Origin: Octopus vulgaris
Lineage: Eukaryota
Reading direction: 5' to 3'
Length of the DNA stretch: 64,000 bases
NCBI GenBank assembly: GCA_951406725.2
Contig: OX597820.1
Location: 10,354,001-10,418,000, forward strand
A model generated the notes under the pieces. The model did not search any database, was not told the origin of the DNA, and was given only the letters and a program-made list of their open reading frames with translations. Position numbers and translations under genes: made by a program. Shown here in pieces: positions 52,753-64,000 of this stretch (its first letter is position 1; every line of letters starts with the position of its first letter).

Positions 52753-54376
52753 TATTTTTCTTAATTTGCAAATGGGTACAGATTTTCTCCTTTGCTAATT
52801 ATGTTCTACGGTTCATTGTTGTTATGTTAGATATTTCCGTGAGTGTCGAGGAAGCGACTTTACGTCTGGGAAAAAGTTTCTACGATTGCTTAGTATCCTG
52901 TTGATGAGTTTGTTATTATTGGCCTAGAAACCGATGTTAACGAACAAGAATTATTGAAGTCTCTTCTCGGGAGACTTCCGTTGCTCAGAATCGCTTCACC
53001 ACTAAGCGAAAGAGGTCTGAATTTTCACGCTATCTATGTTAGACTCATATTCAAACAACTGAGAGTAAACAGGACACTAAATGAAGAACATTAATGCGAT
53101 AAGCTATATCACATTGTCTCAATGTCCTATTTCTAGGACACCGGGTATTTCCTTTTCTACTTAGAGTAAAGGAGTTTTAATAATTTTTTTTTCATTTTAA
53201 CCTATTTTCAATCATCTGTAAAAATTCAAAAGTAATATTCAGAAATTTAACTTCTCTATGACTTAATGGGTTTAAACGGTGCCAAAATGTACGTTCTGCT
53301 GTGCTGTAGTATCTATTTCTAGATAAAATTGTCAAGAAGTATAATCTTTGCATTTCTCTCTCTTCCAGTACTCTGAGATTGGCATTTTTTCTCACTTTTA
53401 GATAATATGACACACGCATGAGCACGTGAGAGCAAATGTGTTCATATTCTTATATATTCCATTGTCCAATCTGTGCGAGGTTGCATGTCGTTTGCTGAAG
53501 CTGGCATGACAAGAAATTGTTTACAAGTGAAAGTAGATAGAGCGCAGTCCCATGAGGTATCATTAGGGTGAACATGCTGTGTTCCAGCGTTGGTTTTATA
53601 CAATTATATCTGCCTAGAATGATAAATGTGCACCGTTGCAACGTACATTTAAATGTTCTGGTTATCTCGACTGTATAATACAAGTTATTGTCATTACTTT
53701 GAGAATGTGTAGCGGTAAGGAAAGATTTGATTGTATAATGACCTTCATTATCGATTATATTTGGGGCTTGGTGGTCTCTATTGTCCTCAAAGTATTTGAT
53801 TAAGGTTAATTTGTTTACCCTCTGCATTGTGTCTTTCGTTAATGTTATGTTAGCCGGGTTTTCCATCCAAGCTGAGCTTGAGTCGTTTTCCTCACGATTC
53901 CCATATACTAAATCGCAGAGTTTCGACAAATTAAAATATTTGAAACAAAAGCCATTTAGCTGAAGGATTTCCAATGCACTTATTACTGGTTCATTAAGAA
54001 TATTAACGTTTCCCATATCTAGAAGTTAGTTTGGAAGTTCCTTTGATCAGAATTGACTGAAGCATTTGCAGCAGTGTTCCGTGACTACTTCTGAAGAATT
54101 TCCTTCCAGCCACAAACAGTGGTACAGTTACATCGTCAAACAGATCGTTAAAATTTTGTACATCTTGAAATTCCGGTCAAGAAACTCTAATTCATGAGTC
54201 CAAAGTTGTACACTGAACTCATCAGTTTCTAATGGCCAGCTTGTTCCATTAGTTTTATTTTTCCCTTTGAAAGTGAAAATTGATCCAGCATCCACATTGC
54301 GAGGCCTCACGCACCTGAAATAGTTTTGCGAAGCAAACTGGCTGCAATTACAGCTGCGGTATTACCAAGTCTTGAG

Positions 54377-54606
54377 GCGGCGAGCTGGCAGAAACGTTAG
54401 CACGCCGGGCGAAATGCTTAGCGGTATTTCGTCTGCCGTTACATTCTGAGTTCAAATTCCGCCGAGGTCGACTTTGTCTTTCATCCTTTCGGGGTCGATT
54501 AAATAAGTACCAGTTACGCACTGGGATCGATATAATCGACTTAATCCGTTTGTCTGTCCTTGTTTTTTCTCTCTGTGTTTAGCCCCTTGTAGGTAGTAAA
54601 GAAATA
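54377..54606 (+). mobile_element. SINE family A monomer
   Basis: TSD ggtattaccaagtc(t/c)tga on both flanks. Confidence 0.9.
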
Positions 54607-54625
54607 GGTATTACCAAGTCCTGAA

Positions 54626-54945
54626 GCTGCGTGGCTTAGTGGCTAGGGTATTCGGTTCGCGACCGCATGGATGCGAGTTCGATTCCCGGCGGCCTGGTGT
54701 GTCCTTGAGCAAGACACTTTATTTCACATTGCTCCAGTCCACTCAGCTGGCAAAAATGAGTAGTACCTATATTTCAAGGGGTCAACCTTGTCACACTCTG
54801 TGTCACGCTGTATCTCCTTGAGAAGTATGTGAAGATGAACGCGTGTCTTTGGAGTGCTCAGCCACTTGCACGTTAATCTCTCGAGCAAGCTGTTCCTTTA
54901 ATCAGATCAACTGGAACCCTCGTCGTCGTAAGCGACGGAGTGCCA
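54626..54945 (+). mobile_element. tRNA-SINE with V/CORE-like domain and family B tail
   Basis: A box TGGCTTAGTGG, B box GTTCGATTCC, gtgtccttgagcaagacact. Related minus-strand copies at ~42050-42370 and ~61905-62243. Confidence 0.8.
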
Positions 54946-55091
54946 TAGTTCTAAGTGCAATGGTATGGCTGTTGTTTTCTGAGATCGTTGGTTATTCACA
55001 CGGCGCTTCATTGTATCTCTCCTTGCATTCGGGCAGGGAATTCCAAATTGTCCTCATTCACATGGATGATTCCACCGACAAAGAAATACTG

Positions 55092-55295
55092 TTACTCTTT
55101 TACTTGTTTCAGTCATTTGACTGTGGCCATGCTGGAGCACCGCCTTTAGTCGACCAAATCGACCCCAGGACTTATTCTTTGTAAGCCTAGTACTTATTCT
55201 ATCGGTCTCTTTTGCCGAACTGCTAAGTTACGGGACGTAAACACGCCATCATCGTTTGTCAAGCGATGTTGGGGGGTCAAACACAGAGACACAAG

Positions 55296-55338
<43 letters not shown>

Positions 55339-55529
55339 ACACACACACATATATATATATATACATATATACGACGGGCTTCTTTCAGTTTCCGTCTACC
55401 AAATTCACTCACAAGGCTTTGGTCGGCCCGAGGCTATAGTAGAAACTCTCACCGAAGGCGTCACGCAGTGGGACTGAACCCGGAACCATGTGGTTGGTAA
55501 GCAAGCTACGTACCACACAGCCACTCCTG
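55092..55529 (-). mobile_element. SINE family C, full length
   Basis: Reverse complement of the family consensus. Confidence 0.88.
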
Positions 55530-57982
55530 TTATTAATTATTGGCAGAAATACTGTAATATTTTTCCCGCAGTTGGTCTGCATTGTATCCCTATTCTTCAG
55601 TTCTTACGCTGGTATTTGTTGTAGAGAAATAATACTTGGAAGGCAATAGATGGCGTACATGTCAAAGCAAGCAACAACGTTCAAATCTTTCTGGGGCCAT
55701 CAGTAAAGCGATATACAGGATTCTGATGCATAATATGTACTACGAGGCAATTCTACACTACTATCCCCCCCCACCAAACCACCAAACCACCAAACCACCA
55801 AACCACCATACCACCACCACCGCAACCACCACCACCACCACCACCACCACTCGAAGTCAAGATGGTCGTTAAACGTGCAAGACAATATAATATGCATGTG
55901 ACCGGGTAACACATTTGAGCTTGAATTCCCACCGAAATTTCGAACATGAATTCTACACCTCAACAACGAACGACCTCTACGGCGTTTGCGCTATCCTACG
56001 CACTTGATCTCCCTGTGGGGCAAGAATTATAGCCTCGACCGTGGCCGACTGTAGGACGTGGGGGGTGTGGTGAATTGTTGTTCGGAGCCTGATCCAACTA
56101 AACGCGTGATACTGGTACAACTATTTTCCTCAGTTAAGATTGATATAGCCTCTTCTACAGTTTGGTTTTTACTTTACCTGTATTGAACAAACAGGGAATA
56201 TCAAACATTCAATTTAATCAACAGTTCCCGAATCCTTGTATGAGGCCTATCTTAGGAAAGGTTATATAATTTACTCTGGTGTCGACTAAGTAATATTGCC
56301 GGAATGTATCAAGAAGCTTCTTCCGTAACCTGCTACTTCCCATCCAGATAGATATCTTCTCTTTCTTCTCTGCCAAAGTGAAATTCTGGGAACACCAGCA
56401 CAGTGTATGTTCCATAGCTCCGGGTCTATAATACTTTCAGAAATATTCAGTCAACCATTCTTTACACACGTCATTCGTTGTTGTAAATAATTGTTGTACG
56501 AGTATTTAGTTATTGGAGGAAATACCGCGATGGAAAATTTATGTAACGGTGATTATTGGAATTTGCAGCCGCCATCAATGCTGGAAATGTAAACAAAAAT
56601 CCAATCCAGTAATAAAGTAAAAAGTGTTATGTACGAGGAAAGAGCAATTCGCAATAAATTAGATCAATGTTAAACAAACGAAAATCCACTCTAACCTTGA
56701 CAGTGTGCAAAGAATTCGGTCGTGAATTATGAATTTGCGATAAAATATGCTCTGACGAATATTGTAGATTACAATGGTTGAATGGGTGGAATAAGTTCCC
56801 AAGATCAGATTGTTGACAACTGTTTTACAGTATTCTGAATAACGTGCTGAAATAAGATTCTACTTTATTTGATTGGTGAATATTCGACAAACTCGTACAT
56901 TATATACAAAGGGAATCCAAATGTTCAAGTAAAGATATTTACCACCAGTTTTTGATCGAAATTACTGAGAGATTTATTCAAGGTTACCAAGTATTTTCGC
57001 CTGGGTAACAAGGGAGAAAAAAATGTGAATTCGATTTGACACTGGAGACCGAAATTAGATTATTTAAGTGAAGGAAAGATGTGGAATTTCAGTTGTGAGC
57101 TATAAATATTCTGTATAATTTGGAATGTATGTAAGATTACATTAACGATGGTGTCCCTTATCATTTAGGAAGGTATTATGCTATTTCAGATTTTAGCAGG
57201 TTGAGCAATTGTTCAGAACACCCTTCGCTGACTCACAAGGAGATGAAATACGTTTGTGGGCTGTAACTGGATATATCTCTTCTCTTTCCCGCACGACTCA
57301 GGAAACACATTACTGTTTAGTATCAAACTCTCTCGTTTTTCCAATGTTGAAATTAATGACACGTTAGCACATACAACTACAATCGCATACAAAAAGCATT
57401 CATCTTTTTCATGGTGTATATTTAAAGAAACACGAATCATATTACTCTTAAATTTGGACGTGTTTCCACGTAATCAAAATCAACGCAGGCATAACTACCA
57501 CATGGTCTCACACACACACACACATTCCTTTTCGTGTACCAAACCTTTAGGTTCAATTCTGCAAACGTTAGCGTCTTTCAATAAATATAAATTCTATATT
57601 CTCATGCATGCAGCGGTTCGTCACGTGAAAAGCTATCGGACAACCTGACAAGCTTTCGAGCAAGAAAGCACATTACGAAAACAAGTAAAACAGCAAAACG
57701 CGCGTTTCTCCTTCTCTCTCTCTTCATCTCTAATGATTCACTGATTTCTATCTTTTATTCTGCATTAAGTTTGCAGATACCCTGAGTTTGATAAGATGTT
57801 CCCCTCCCAAGAAATACATTTATTCATATTTGTTTCTACCACATTCACATAATGTCTTATACACACACACATACACGCATATATACATGCATATATGCAT
57901 ATATACATACGTATGTACACAAATACTAGTATACATGTCTATATTGGATACACATTTATATATGTAGAAACAAATACGCACA

Positions 57983-58056
<74 letters not shown>

Positions 58057-58154
58057 AATGAAGTATAAGGAAAGGAAAAATTCTAATTGTAGACGAACTT
58101 TAATTAATAATCCAAGTTGGTACAGATTTCTATCTTTTATTCTGCATTATATAA

Positions 58155-58216
<62 letters not shown>

Positions 58217-58744
58217 TAGTGGCTGTATACTGTCAACATAACGTGACAGTCCCATATATTATATATATACTTGGATTGTACCAGCAGACCAGGATGTTTG
58301 ACATCTCTTTGAAGGATTTCGGTTCTCACCTTACACCTCATTTCTATATATATATATATGTTATCTTCGAGGCAAAATCAAAACCAAAGCAGAACAAGTA
58401 TATGAAATCATTTATAATAAGTTAATTAGGGTAAGGTGAATTTGAAATCTTACAGCTATTCGGAAACTTATTTACAGCCTTGGATTTTTTTTTTTATCTC
58501 ATTCTGTCAATTAATATAATATGCATGCTAATACATGGCCCACGTTGGACTCCTCACTCGTATCATTATCGAACCTGGAATTTAAATATGGTCTATCCAT
58601 AGCACTTACATAGCGTTACCCGACAGCTTTTGGGTCTTCTTTACATCCATACTGCACATACCTTCAGATCGCTATGTTGAATCGCTAGCTTCTGCACGCA
58701 TTTTTTTTCTCTCCTTGTTTCTCTCTGTGTTTCTTTTCTGTGTA

Positions 58745-58782
58745 TCTTTCTGTTGAAGAGCGTAGGCTCGAAACGTAAAAGA
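58745..58782 (+). ncRNA. Minimal hammerhead motif (core variant CTGTTGA)
   Basis: TCTTT-CTGTTGA-a-GAGC-gtag-GCTC-GAAA-CG-TA-AAAGA. Confidence 0.65.
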
Positions 58783-58878
58783 CTTGTTTTATTTATATTC
58801 CTGAGCGCCATACTAATACAATTCTTTGTTTGTACTCCACCTGCCTTCGTCGTTTGTTTATTTTCATAAAGCTTCCCG

Positions 58879-58910
<32 letters not shown>

Positions 58911-58999
58911 GGAGAATTCACGAAAAAACGCAAAAGACAAAGACCGGTGGTGTAGACAACAAACAGATGTATTATTTTAATGCTCAGGAAGTGAAAAAG

Positions 59000-59037
59000 T
59001 CTTCAACGTTTCGAGCCTTCGCTCTTCCTCAGAAAGG
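59000..59037 (-). ncRNA. Minimal hammerhead motif, inverted partner of 58745-58782
   Basis: ccttt-CTGAGGA-a-GAGC-gaag-GCTC-GAAA-CG-TT-gaaga. Confidence 0.65.
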
Positions 59038-59126
59038 AACACAGGAAGAAACAAGGAGAGAAAATATAGAATGTTTTGTGGCTAGCGATCTATCATGGCG
59101 AATCTGTCTATCTGACTGTCTGTCTG

Positions 59127-59159
<33 letters not shown>

Positions 59160-59171
59160 ATTATATATATG

Positions 59172-59206
<35 letters not shown>

Positions 59207-59224
59207 ATATACATATATACACAA

Positions 59225-59276
<52 letters not shown>

Positions 59277-60040
59277 GCAACTGCGAGCATACGGGTGTGT
59301 GTTAATGGATGCTGTTGCTTGTCTCTCATCTTCCTTGTTTGTCCCCGTTTCTACAATTCATCCCCGCCTATTTTGAGATTCTTTATTTGCCAACTTTACC
59401 TTGCCATGCCAAACTAATCAATCGATTTTACTCCCTTTTCATCGTGGCGGCGTGCAGTTATTGAAATCTGTATCGATCTGACGTCACAGGATATTGTTGA
59501 AGTAAAGGCTGTTTGACATTGACTCACACAAATTTTAACGAGTTATACGTTCCTCACTTTTGCATGTTCCTGTGAGTGTGTATGTGAGCGCGCGCGTGTG
59601 TGCTTGCGTGTGTGTATGGAGGTGCATACATACATGTATGTATGTGCATACATACATGTATGTATGTTTGTATGAAGTATGTATGTATATGTATGTATAT
59701 ATGTAGGTATGCATGGATATATGTATGTATATATGTAGGTATGCATGTATATGTACGTATATATGTATGCGTGCATGTATATTTGTATGTACATTTGTAT
59801 TTATGTATATATGTATGCATGCGTGTATGCATGTGTGTATGCGTGTATGCATGTGTGTATGCGTGTATGCATGTGTGTATCTCCCTGTATCTCGATATGT
59901 ATATACATCTATATGTGTCCGAGTGCGTATTTGTGTTATGCGGATAAACATATTTGTGTATATTTGTGTACACATGTACACACGCCCACATACACACAGA
60001 CACACAGACACACACACACACATATATATATATACATATA

Positions 60041-60106
<66 letters not shown>

Positions 60107-60321
60107 TACATATGTATAACGCGCATTGCTCTATCTATCTATCTGTCTGTCTGACTGACTGTCTGTCTCTCCCTCTCTCTGTCTATTTATCTGTCTATCT
60201 ATCTATCTCAATGCGTATATGTTTTTCTATATCTACGTATATATATTTAAGCATGCATACACACAGTACACACACTCACACACACATACACACAAACACA
60301 CACACACATGTACACACACAA

Positions 60322-60352
<31 letters not shown>

Positions 60353-60851
60353 CATATATATATGCATATACGCACGCAGATAGACGCATATTAATATCCC
60401 GGCTGTATGATATTGCGCAGTGATAGCAAAAGACAATAACTTGTAGGCGACTACTATGTCGTCAGATTCCTTGTCTTTCCGTTTTCAGCAATATTTGTGT
60501 TTGAACGTTTCACCCTTCGATTGTTAAACAGCTGTGATTGCTAAAGCAACCGACCTAGTTTACAGCTATTCAACGTTGTGTGCTGATATTGACATCTGCA
60601 TTGATCTGACGTCAGAGGAAGTTGTTGAAGCAAAAACACTTTGACATGAAATCTTCGGAATTTTTGACCGACTTAAAATGTTCACGTGTGTGTGTGTGTA
60701 TGTGTGTGTGTGTGTGTGCGCGCGTATGAAAACAGCAGCAACCGCAATATTAGCGTGCACACATAGAAACACACACATACGTATGTTGATAGATAGATTT
60801 TATATACGTAAATACATACATACATACATATATACATAAATGACACATTGT

Positions 60852-61738
60852 GTCCTGGAAGGTTCCGAAGGCGGGAAAAATCACTAGGAAGTTTCGAGGG
60901 ACAATTCATTCTTGGTAAGTTCCGAGGAGGTGGGAATTACTTCCTGGAAAGTTCAGAGAAGAGGGGGCATTACTTTCTCTATAGTTCCGCAGATGGGAGA
61001 AATTACTTCCTGGAAAGTCCCGAGAAAGAATTACTTCTTGGAAAGTTCCGAGGAGGGTAGGAATTAATTCTTGGTAAGTTCCGAGGATGAATTACTCCCT
61101 GGAGAGTTCCGAGGCTGAATAACTTTCTGGAAAGTTCCGTGAAGGGGAGGAATTATTTCCTGGAAAGTTACGAGAATTAATTTCTTCCCGGAAATTTCCG
61201 AGTATGAAATATTTCCTGGAACGTTCCGGAGACGGGGGACAACTTGCTGGAAAGTTCCGAGGATGATTTACTTCTTGGAAAGTTCCGAGGATGATTTACT
61301 TCCTGGAAAGTTCCAAGGAGGGCGAGAAATTATTTCCTGGGAAGTTCCGAGGATTAACTTCTTCCTGTAAAGTTCCTAGGTAGAATTACTTCCTCGGAAA
61401 TTTCCAGAAAGACATTAAACCTTGGAACTTCCCAGGAAGTAAATCGTCCTCCGAACTTTCCAGGAAGTAAATTATCCTCGTACCTTTCCTGGAAATTGTG
61501 GCCCCCTTCTCGGATCTTACCAAGAATTTGCTCCCATCCTCGGAACTTTCGAGGAAGAAGTTTATCCTCGAAAATTTCCAAGAAGATATTAGTCCTCGGA
61601 ACTTTCTAGGAAAAAATTAATCCTCGGAACATTCCATGAAATAATTCCTCCCGTACCTTGGAACTTTCAAGGAAGTTGACCACCTCCACGGAACTTTCCA
61701 AGAAGAAATTATCGTCGTAACTTTCCAGGAAGTAATTG
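60852..61738. repeat. ~21-27 bp minisatellite array that inverts mid-array (foldback-like)
   Basis: Unit ~ttacttcctggaaagttccgagga on plus up to ~61385; reverse-complement units (tcctcggaactttccaggaagtaa) after that. Confidence 0.85.
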
Positions 61739-62755
61739 ACTAATCAAAACATTTCTATTGTTAATTTTTCCAGAATATAATTGTTTCTGAAATTCCCCAT
61801 TATTTTCGGAACAACCTAATATATATTTATGCCTCCGTGTGTACGCGTGTTTGTTTGTGCTCATTTGACCTAGTGAATGTCTCCTTCTCAGCTTGACTGC
61901 AGGTAAAAGGATAAAGACCCCTTCGGTCATGAATGACCATGGGATTGCACCTTGAAAGTTACCCTCCGAGGTACAAGTCCGGGCAAAGTTGTTTTACGGA
62001 AGACCAGTAATCACCCATGCATACCAGCCTCTCCTCTCCACACCACTGACGTTATCCAAGGGAAAGACAAAGGGGCCGATACGGCTTGGCATCTGTGACA
62101 TCGCAAACCCATTTATACAGCTGAGTGAACTGGAGCAACGTGAAATTAAGTGTCTTGCTCAAGAACACAACACACAGTTCAGTCCGAGAATCGAACTCAC
62201 TACGACATGTTTGTGAGCCCGACGCTCTAAACACCGAGCCATGATTGCAGGTACTGATTTGTTAACGGCCAAGTAACTTAGCCGGTTCGACCAAAGAAGC
62301 ATATAGAATAAATATCGGACTTCAAAGCAGTATTTACTGAGGTCGATTTGATCAACTAATACCCTTGAAGGCGGTACACCATGATGGCCGAGGTCGAATA
62401 ACTGATAAAAGATAAAAGAATTAAGATAATAGATGAAAGTTGTAAGATAACAGCATGTCCGTGTGAGTAATACATCGTCATCTCTGTCTCAATAAGCGTA
62501 TATCTCTTGTGTGATAAATTTTACTGGTTAGAATATCACCAGACGACATAACCACATAATGTTATGAATGTCTGTCCGAAGTTCTGAAACCGATGAATGA
62601 AACGCAATGTTTATTGCTCTTCGTCTTATGATATTAACCTGGACATGCTTGTTGAAGTTTTGCAAGTATAATGGAAAAATTAAGTTTCTTTGTGTTATAT
62701 TAGCATTGGGATGGAATAATATATATAGATCACGGAATGGAATAACACACACATG

Positions 62756-62822
<67 letters not shown>

Positions 62823-62851
62823 ATAAATATATATATATACACATGTATATG

Positions 62852-62903
<52 letters not shown>

Positions 62904-63029
62904 TGGAGAAGAGAAATAACGCGTGCGTTCGGTCATATAGTAATATAATAAATAAATAAAATATATGCATATATACATACATATATGTACATACTTACAT
63001 CTACATGTATATATACATGTATATATACA

Positions 63030-63063
<34 letters not shown>

Positions 63064-63423
63064 TACATGACACCACAAATAAACGTAGAACACAACGAGA
63101 GACGAGAACATAAAATCAAACAAGGAAACGGTCTTTTTTTAAACAACGAAAAAACAGAGTACAGGACAAAAATACATGGAAAATTCCCCTTCATCAGCTG
63201 TCCCTGGTTCGTCTCAAAGTGTGTTTCGAAGGTAAGGACAGAACACAGTAGAAGCAGTCCTTCCTGCAAAAGGAATTAAATAAAATTCTCTTGCAGAGGG
63301 GTAAAACAAGTGACAAAGACAGGACGTAAAAGCAATACAAATGAAGAAAAAAACAGTATATATATATATATATGCATGTATATATACATATAGATGTATG
63401 TACATATATGTATTTATATATGC

Positions 63424-63480
<57 letters not shown>

Positions 63481-63555
63481 TACATGCATACATATATATG
63501 TGTATATATATATATGTATATACATATATATACATACATACATATATTCATATTC

Positions 63556-63592
<37 letters not shown>

Positions 63593-63636
63593 TATATGCA
63601 TATATATATATATATATAAATCTACAGATACATACA

Positions 63637-63667
<31 letters not shown>

Positions 63668-64000
63668 GACGATGATAATATATTTCAAAATATTCGGACT
63701 CTGATCAGAATTATGTCCATAGAATTGTAAAAATTTTGATTTAACGGTTTTGACTACATTTATACCGACGATGCGCTGTCTTTTACAAATGGCGTTTACA
63801 TCAGTCTTGGTTTTCGATGTCATGACGCAAAATTCGAAGAAATTGAATTAGAAATGTAACAGCTAACAGGTTATAGTAAACGAGATATTCTTTCCATAGC
63901 AAGTGCCACTCATTCTTCCACTCATATACCACCAACATAGAAACACATATGCATGTACGTATTTCTTTCTCAACTACATGGTTTCGAGTTCAGTTCCGCT

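Larger units (their letters stand above)
58676..59096. repeat. Two diverged inverted copies of a hammerhead-bearing element around (TACA)n
   Basis: 58676-58880 and 58910-59096 are reverse-complement homologues. Confidence 0.8.

Noticed and set aside
60852-61738. CRISPR-like appearance of semi-palindromic repeats
   Set aside because: Units are degenerate and nearly adjacent with no unique 25-45 nt spacers, there are no cas genes, and the context is eukaryotic.

Overview
This is AT-rich eukaryotic DNA, saturated with microsatellites and interspersed repeats. The repeat content (three tRNA-headed SINE families, R4/Dong-type LINEs, Helitrons, Penelope-like remnants) suggests an octopus/cephalopod genome; that is inference, not a database match. 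No host protein-coding gene could be supported, and almost all listed ORFs are translated microsatellites. The main coding element is a near full-length R4/Dong-like retrotransposon (minus strand, ~32286-36240). Its two listed ORFs are one 1230-codon frame split by a single TAA. Decayed fragments of Dong, another REL-LINE, HERO-like, RTE, Helitron RepHel and Penelope-like (PLE) elements are also present. The most striking signal is about a dozen type I hammerhead ribozyme motifs (CUGANGA/stem II/GAAA/short often palindromic stem III/UH), some intact and some decayed. They sit in short non-coding elements that often form inverted repeats. One is a tRNA-headed SINE ending in a hammerhead, a candidate PLE-mobilised SINE. 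Multimeric SINEs bounded by a single TSD and an inverted minisatellite (foldback-like) array are also notable. All structures were read by eye, so repeat boundaries are approximate.
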